From Eledone cirrhosa (lineage: Eukaryota): 64,000 nt of DNA. The notes under the pieces are model-generated. The model was not told the DNA's origin. It saw only the letters and a list, made by a program, of their open reading frames with translations, and did no database searches. The stretch lies in NCBI GenBank assembly GCA_964016885.1, contig OZ024750.1, positions 7,378,001-7,442,000 on the forward strand, in the 5' to 3' direction. Each line of letters starts with the position of its first letter. Position 1 is the first letter of the stretch. Shown piece by piece: positions 57,167 through 64,000 of this stretch. The translations under genes were made by a program, and so were the position numbers.

Positions 57167-57682
57167 TTCCTCTGCTGACGAAGAAGGGTTTCTCCCTGCG
57201 TACGAAAGGCCGGTTGTATGATGACTGTGTGAGGAGCGCGATGCTGCATGGTAGTGAGACATGGGCAGCAACTGAAGAGGATATACGATGGCTGGAGAGA
57301 AATGAGGCAAGCATGCTCTGTTGGATGTGCAGTGTAAATGTGCGTGAACGACCCAGCATGGATGTGTTGAGAGAGAAACTGTGTCTGAGAGGGATAGAAT
57401 GTAGTGTACGGGAGAGGAGACTGAGGTGGTATGGACATGTGATGCGCATGGAGGATGACCGATGGGTGAAGAAGTGCCAGGAAATGCCAGTTGAAGGAAG
57501 ACGTGGTAGAGGTAGACCACGAAAAACATGGGCGGAGGTGGTGAGGACAGACCTCAGATCATTGAAGCTCACGGTGGAGATGACGAAGGACCGTGACGAG
57601 TGGAGAGATGCTGTGCCGAATAAGACCCACCCCACCCTTGCAAGCAGGGAAAAGCGGACGTATGATGATGATGATGATGATG
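57167..57682 (+). mobile_element. RTE-clade LINE 3' end (open RT C-terminus)
   Basis: [20 protein letters not shown]...RRLRWYGHVMRM...GRGRPRKTW are typical RTE C-terminal motifs; (GAT)n tail. Confidence 0.92.
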
Positions 57683-57854
57683 ATATATATATATATGTTA
57701 GAAGTTGAAAGAACTGACAACAAATGGAGTACATTTTTAACGCTCCTAAGTGTGAAATTTCAGAAAAGTTTTTTTCTAGCATCGATTAAGAGTTGAACAA
57801 GTGTTAGTTATAGGAAAATCCGTAGTTGACTGTAGTAGGTTTTTACTTTGTATT

Positions 57855-58115
57855 TAGGTAAGGCGGGTCTTCTGTATTACTGAGTACCGCCAAAGGTCTC
57901 GGTCCAGTGACATTGTCTTGGAGAGGTGTAAGCGTGTGAGGTCGGAATTTATCATGTCGTCCCAGGTTTTTCTGGGTCTGCCTACTCCGTGGCTACCGTC
58001 TATCTTTATTGCCCTGCACTTTGTTATACAGCTGTCGTCTTTCATGCGCATCACGTGACCGTACCAACGTAGCCTTCTCTCGAGTAAACAACATCTGATC
58101 CCTCTTATTTCTAAT
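57855..58115 (-). mobile_element. RTE-clade LINE 3' end, second subfamily
   Basis: RLRWYGHVMRMKDDSCITKCRAIKIDGSHGVGRPRKTWDDMI...DRDLWR; a plus-strand copy lies at ~50556-50724. Confidence 0.85.
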
Positions 58116-59061
58116 TTTTATATATATATATATTGTTTCTGCTATTTTTTATAATTGTAAAATAGAGATTGTAAATATTTATATATGTACACATAAAAAT
58201 ACACACACATACACACGCACGCGTGTGTACATTCATACGAAGTGTTCAGAAGATGAAGGAAAATTAGAATATAAATTAGCTGAGTTCATCTAATTTCTAC
58301 TACAGGCACAAGGCCAGCAATTTGGAGGAGGAGAAAGTCGATTAAATTGGCCCCAGTACATTACTGGTACTTTATTTATTCGAACCCTGCAAGGATGAAA
58401 GGTAATGCTAATCTCAGTGCCGCGAACTATATGGTGTCCAGCGCTCTACCGATTCTGCCAATTGGAACAATGATAATAAATATTATTGAATGAAGCAATA
58501 ATATGATGTGTTGTTTCCTTGAGCAAGACACTTTATTTCACATTGCTCCAGTTTACTCAGCTGTAGAAATGAGATGATAGGGACTGGGGTCCCTATCACT
58601 CCACTGCAAAGTGGTCGTGGAGGTTCCATGGCAAAAAAGCACCCAGCACTCACTGTAAGTGAGGTTGGTGTTAGGAAGGGCATCCAGCTGTAGAAATCAA
58701 GCCAGCATCAGTTCCCATCCCACCCTTGCAAGCAGGGAAAAGCAGACGTAAAATGAAATGAAATGAAAATGATGAAATGAAGCAGTCACTTTTAAATTCA
58801 ATCATAATCTTAGTTAGCCTCTGACAATGGCGGCATGGAGTAGCTTGGTGTTACTTTAAACAATAAATACAACAGGAATAAATCATAGTTTTAATGTCTG
58901 ATAATTTCTCCACCCCTCCTCCCTTTCCACCTTCCCCTCACCTCCCCAAATATTCACATCTTCAGTAACTATTGAAATCTAATGGATTGTTCCATAATGT
59001 CTTCATACCTTCAAGTTAGAAATTAATAAATGACACATTTTGAAACTGGGCAGGGAACAAA

Positions 59062-59830
59062 GGTGTGGTGGTGGTGTTGGTGTTGGTGTTGGTGTGTGTT
59101 GTGTGGTGGTGGTGGTGGTGGTGGTGTGTGGTGGTGGTGTGATGGTGATGGTGGTGGTGTGTTGTGTGGTGGTGTGTTGTGTGGTGGTGGTGTTGTGTGT
59201 GTTGTGTGGTGGTGTGTTTGGTGGTGTGTGGTGGTGGTGGTGGTGGTGTGTTGTGTGGTGGTGGTGTTGTTGTGTGGTGGTGGTGGTGGTGTGTGGTGGT
59301 GGTGGTGTGATGGTGATGGTGGTGGTGTGTTGTGTGGTGGTGGTGGTGTGTGTTGTGTGGTGGTGTGTTGTGTGGTGGTGGTGTGTGGTGGTGGTGGTGG
59401 TGTGTTTGGTGGTGTTGGTGTGTGTTGTGTGGTGGTGGTGTGTGGTGGTGGTGGTGTGATGGTGATGGTGGTGGTGTGTGTTGTGTGGCGGTGGTGTGTG
59501 TTGTGTGGTGGTGGTGGTGGTGTGTGTTGTGTGGTGGTGGTGGTGTGTGTGTTGTGTGGTGGTGGTGGTGTTGTGTGTGTTGTGTGGTGGTGTGTTGTGT
59601 GGTGTGTGGTGGTGGTGGTGGTGGTGGTGGTGTGTGTTGTGTGGTGTTGGTGGTGGTGTGTGTGTGGTGGTGGTGTGTGTGTGGTGGTGATGTGTGTGTG
59701 GTGGTGGTGGTGGTGGTGGGGGTGGTGATGTGTGTGTGGTGGTGGTGGTGGTGGTGGTGGTGGTGTGATGTATGATGGTGGTGTGTTGTGTAGTAGTGGT
59801 AGTGGTGGTGTGTGGTGTAGTATTGTGTGC
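59062..59830. repeat. GT-rich low-complexity tract (GGT/GT)n
   Basis: Seen directly. Confidence 0.95.
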
Positions 59831-60107
59831 GTGTGTATTTTGTGTTAGCAGCGCGTCTCCGTTTTCAACACTTCAGTTGATTCTTTCTTTCCTTTCTTTC
59901 TTTATGCACGAGTATGTGTGTGTGTGTATGAGAGAGAGAGAGAGAGCGTGTTTTAGTGTGTCGGTGTATGTGTGTGTATATGTGTATGATTGTTTTGTGG
60001 TTCCACCAATGTGATGTAAAATTTTATTTAATTGCCTCAAAAAAAGAAAGAGAGAGAGAAAGAAAGAAAGAGAGAATTCCTTAGAATTGAAGAAATCTGA
60101 CTAACTG

Positions 60108-60292
60108 CCATTCGGTATCAGTAGAGGGTCGGACGCCATGCTTTGCAGCAAAGAGTTACGGCCCTTTATGGTCTGAGTTCAAATCCCGCTGAGGTTAACT
60201 TTGCCTTTCATCCTTACGGGGTCGATAAAATAAAGTACCAGTAATACACTGGAATAATTGCTGGCCTTGTGCTAAAAGTAGAAACAATTATT
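60108..60292 (+). mobile_element. Nin/Deu-type SINE copy
   Basis: Near full-length match to 904-1098. Confidence 0.8.
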
Positions 60293-60649
60293 TCCTTCTC
60301 AACTTTACTGACTCTCTTTTCAAAAATAACCATATTAGCGCCATAACACTACTGCTTCTAAAAAATCATTGCAGATTTTATTTTCTTGCATCCGCCCCCG
60401 CCATTTATAATAATAAAATAATAATAATAATAATAACAATAATAGTAATAATAATATTAATTATTATTGTTTTTATGGGGATTATATTACAGGGCTCAGA
60501 AAAAATGTTTTCCAACATTTGTTTCGTTTTTTTTTGTGTTCTGAGTTCAAATTCTGCTGAAATCAACTCTGTCTTTTATCCTTTTGAGTAACGTTACTTC
60601 AAACTCCATTTCAGCCATTTGTATTTATGATAATATTCTTTTGGTCATA

Positions 60650-60965
60650 GCATTTTGTTGAAAGATGGGTGAGAGAGGCAAGAATGGCCCAAGTGAATGG
60701 GCCTACTCTGAGTATGTGCCTGTAAATTGAAGGTGGAAAACTGGGAGAGGGCACTTGCCCTGGTGGTCAGGGTCACCGTGGCTTTTTTAATGGGCTTTCT
60801 CCACGATGGCCCTCGGAAGTCTCCCCCCCTATTGGGGAATTTTTCATTGTTCTTTTTTTTTGTTACATCCTCTGTTTTTGTTTTTTTACATGCAGAAATG
60901 CCCATTTGTACCACCCTGTATTGTCCTGTACTGTCCTTAATGTCTCACTTTGTGTTAATAAAGAA
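60650..60965 (+). mobile_element. Probable non-LTR retrotransposon 3' end (L1/Tx1-like, tentative)
   Basis: Short frame FVERWVREARMAQVNGPTLSMCL*, then a GC-richer UTR and AATAAA near 60957. Single copy in the window. Confidence 0.35.
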
Positions 60966-61508
60966 AGCATTATCCAAGATTGATAACACCAAATGAAAGA
61001 TATGCTATGTATCTGCCAAAGATATGTAGGAGTATTAACAAACAGTATGGGTTTTGCGGAACCCACTTTGGGAACCACTGACCTGTATGAATGCCTTAGT
61101 ATTAGTAAAAAAAAAACAAACTAGTATTAGTCAAGTGCAAGTGTCGATTTAATCAAGTGTGAACATCTTGAAAAATTCCTAGTTGTGTGCCTAAATTAGA
61201 AACCTTTATTATTTTAATTATAGGGTGTTTGATAGCAAAATCAGTAGAGCAATAAACAAAACATCTTGCAGTAATTAATTACGGACCCTTCTGTTTTGTG
61301 TTCAACTGTGGCAGTGCTCAGCTCTGCTTTTCATTCTTCTTGGATCAATAACCTAAAATATTGGTTTCGTTCCACCCCCACAAATTTTGTGGCAGAACAA
61401 ATACTGCAAGGTATTTTGTTAGACACTTTAATGATCATTCTACTACTACTACTACTACTACTAGTGGTGGTGGTGGTGGTAGTGGTGCTGCTGCTGCTGC
61501 TACTACTA

Positions 61509-61543
<35 letters not shown>

Positions 61544-63006
61544 ACTGCTACTACTTCTGCTGCTACTGCTGCTACCACTACTACTACTATTACTACTATT
61601 AACTTCAACAGGATTTGAACTCAGAATGTAAAGGGCTGTAACTCTATGCCAGGCGTCTGACACTCTGCCAATCACCCACCTATAATAATATTGATGATAA
61701 TAAAAATAATCATTATAGTTATAATAATAAATGATGACAAAAAAACAACAATAGCAATCTATCCCCCACCCCACCAATAAAACCACTACCACCACCACCA
61801 CCAATACCATCACATCACCACCACCATCACCACCATCACCAATACCACCACCACCAATACCATCACAACACCACCACCACCATCACCACCACCACCACCA
61901 CCACCACCACCACCACCATCACCACCGCTACAACAACAACAACAACAAGGTAAGCATGTAATATTATTGACATGGATTCTAGTAGTGGAATGTTTTGCTG
62001 TCGTACATGGAACTATCAATCATATATTTGCTTCCTTCTCAGGAGACTAATATCTTAAAACAATCTTAACTGGCTTCAAGTTATTTTTAACGCTTCATTG
62101 ATGTCTTCTGTCTCTCTTAGAAATTTTGAACTACCCCCCACACACATCCCCTACCCCCCCCCACCCTAAACAACAACAACACAACAACACCTAAATGAAA
62201 ACCATCAACACCTAATTTAAAAAAAACAGCAACAACATCTAAATAAAAAACCCACCACCAACAACAACACCTATACAAAAAACAGCAACAAAACAACTGC
62301 AACAAAAAACAGCAACATCTATACAAAAAAAAACACCTATACAAAAAAAAACAAAAACAGCAAAATTTAAACAAAAAACAAGAACAACAGCAACATCTAA
62401 ACAACAACAACAACAACAACATTTAAACAAAAAAAACAGCAACAACAACAACAACATTTAAACAAAAAAAACAGTAACAACAACAACAGCAACATCTAAA
62501 CAGCAACAACATTTAAACAAAAAAACAGCAACAACATCTAAACAACAACAGCAGCAACAACATTTAAACAAAAAAAAAACCCAGCAACATCTAAACAACA
62601 ACAACATTTAAACCAAAAAAACAGTAACAACAACAACACCAACATCTAAACAACAACAACATTTAAACAAAAAAAAAACAGCAACAACAACAACAGCAAC
62701 ATCTAAACAACAACAACAACAACAACAACATTTAAACAAAAAAACAAACAAAAAAAACCCAGCAACAAACAACGATAGAAAATTAGAAAACAGCAATGAA
62801 ATTAAAGATAACATTTGTGGAAATAATGTTACGACTCCGGGTGGATTTAGGAAACTGTAATGGATTGTAGCAGCCATTTATCAAGTAATTCAGTTGCAAG
62901 AGAAATGGCTACAGACTTTAAAATGTTTATTGTTTTAAATTGATTCATAGCATTTCAGTTTTCTTATTACTTTTTTAAATAAAAAAAAATGCAATGGCAA
63001 TGAATT

Positions 63007-63580
<574 letters not shown>

Positions 63581-63649
63581 ATATGGTATAATGTAAATGT
63601 AGGCGGTTCTTTTTTAAAATTTATATATCATATGTTGTGCATGTAAATG

Positions 63650-63696
<47 letters not shown>

Positions 63697-63726
63697 ATCA
63701 AATTATATATAATATATATATATTAT

Positions 63727-63759
<33 letters not shown>

Positions 63760-63763
<4 letters not shown>

Positions 63764-63960
63764 AAAAGAATCAGGACCCCGACGGCTGAGCTCGGCCGTT
63801 TTCGACAGCTAGATCCAAACAGTTCGGATCTAGCTGTCGAAACAGCCAGAGCTCAGCCGTCGGGGTCCTGACTCTTTTCCTATTACCCACTCTACTACCC
63901 TAAGCATTGAGTACTCTGGTGCATTATGGTCCACCTGGTATCTTACCACACCCTCTTTGT
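63760..63960. mobile_element. Fold-back element family, copy 4
   Basis: Palindrome at about 63760-63882 plus the shared arm; (TA)n on both sides. Confidence 0.75.
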
Positions 63961-64000
63961 TATATATATATATATATACATATATATATTACTATATATA

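Noticed and set aside
57109-57708. 199-aa ORF as a host gene
   Set aside because: A MITE end and a TA tract fused to a 5'-truncated RTE LINE RT C-terminus.

Overview
AT-rich, microsatellite-dense animal genomic DNA. The SINE/LINE content suggests a coleoid cephalopod, probably Octopus (inference). Almost all entries in the ORF track are translations of simple repeats. Manual exon reconstruction gives two complete spliced genes arranged head-to-head, with 453 bp between their ATGs: TYW5 (minus strand, 7 exons, 337 aa, JmjC tRNA-Phe wybutosine hydroxylase) and MAIP1/C2orf47 (plus strand, 5 exons, 298 aa, mitochondrial m-AAA protease-interacting protein). Humans have the same divergent pair, and a canonical NRF1-type site lies beside the shared promoter. 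The rest is tRNA-derived SINEs, RTE and CR1 LINE 3' ends, hAT/piggyBac/Tc1-type MITEs with TSDs, several minisatellites (including a 2.9-kb array of 59-bp hairpin units), a perfect 264-bp palindrome and a tRNA-Glu pseudogene. The most unusual signal is a set of short elements embedded in (TA)n tracts. Three carry well-formed minimal type I hammerhead ribozyme motifs with palindromic stem III, one of them with a compensatory U3-A8 core. Others carry copy-specific fold-back palindromes. Together they suggest microsatellite-targeting Penelope-like retroelements or retrozymes. No coding exons were found in about 1-31 kb or 55-64 kb.
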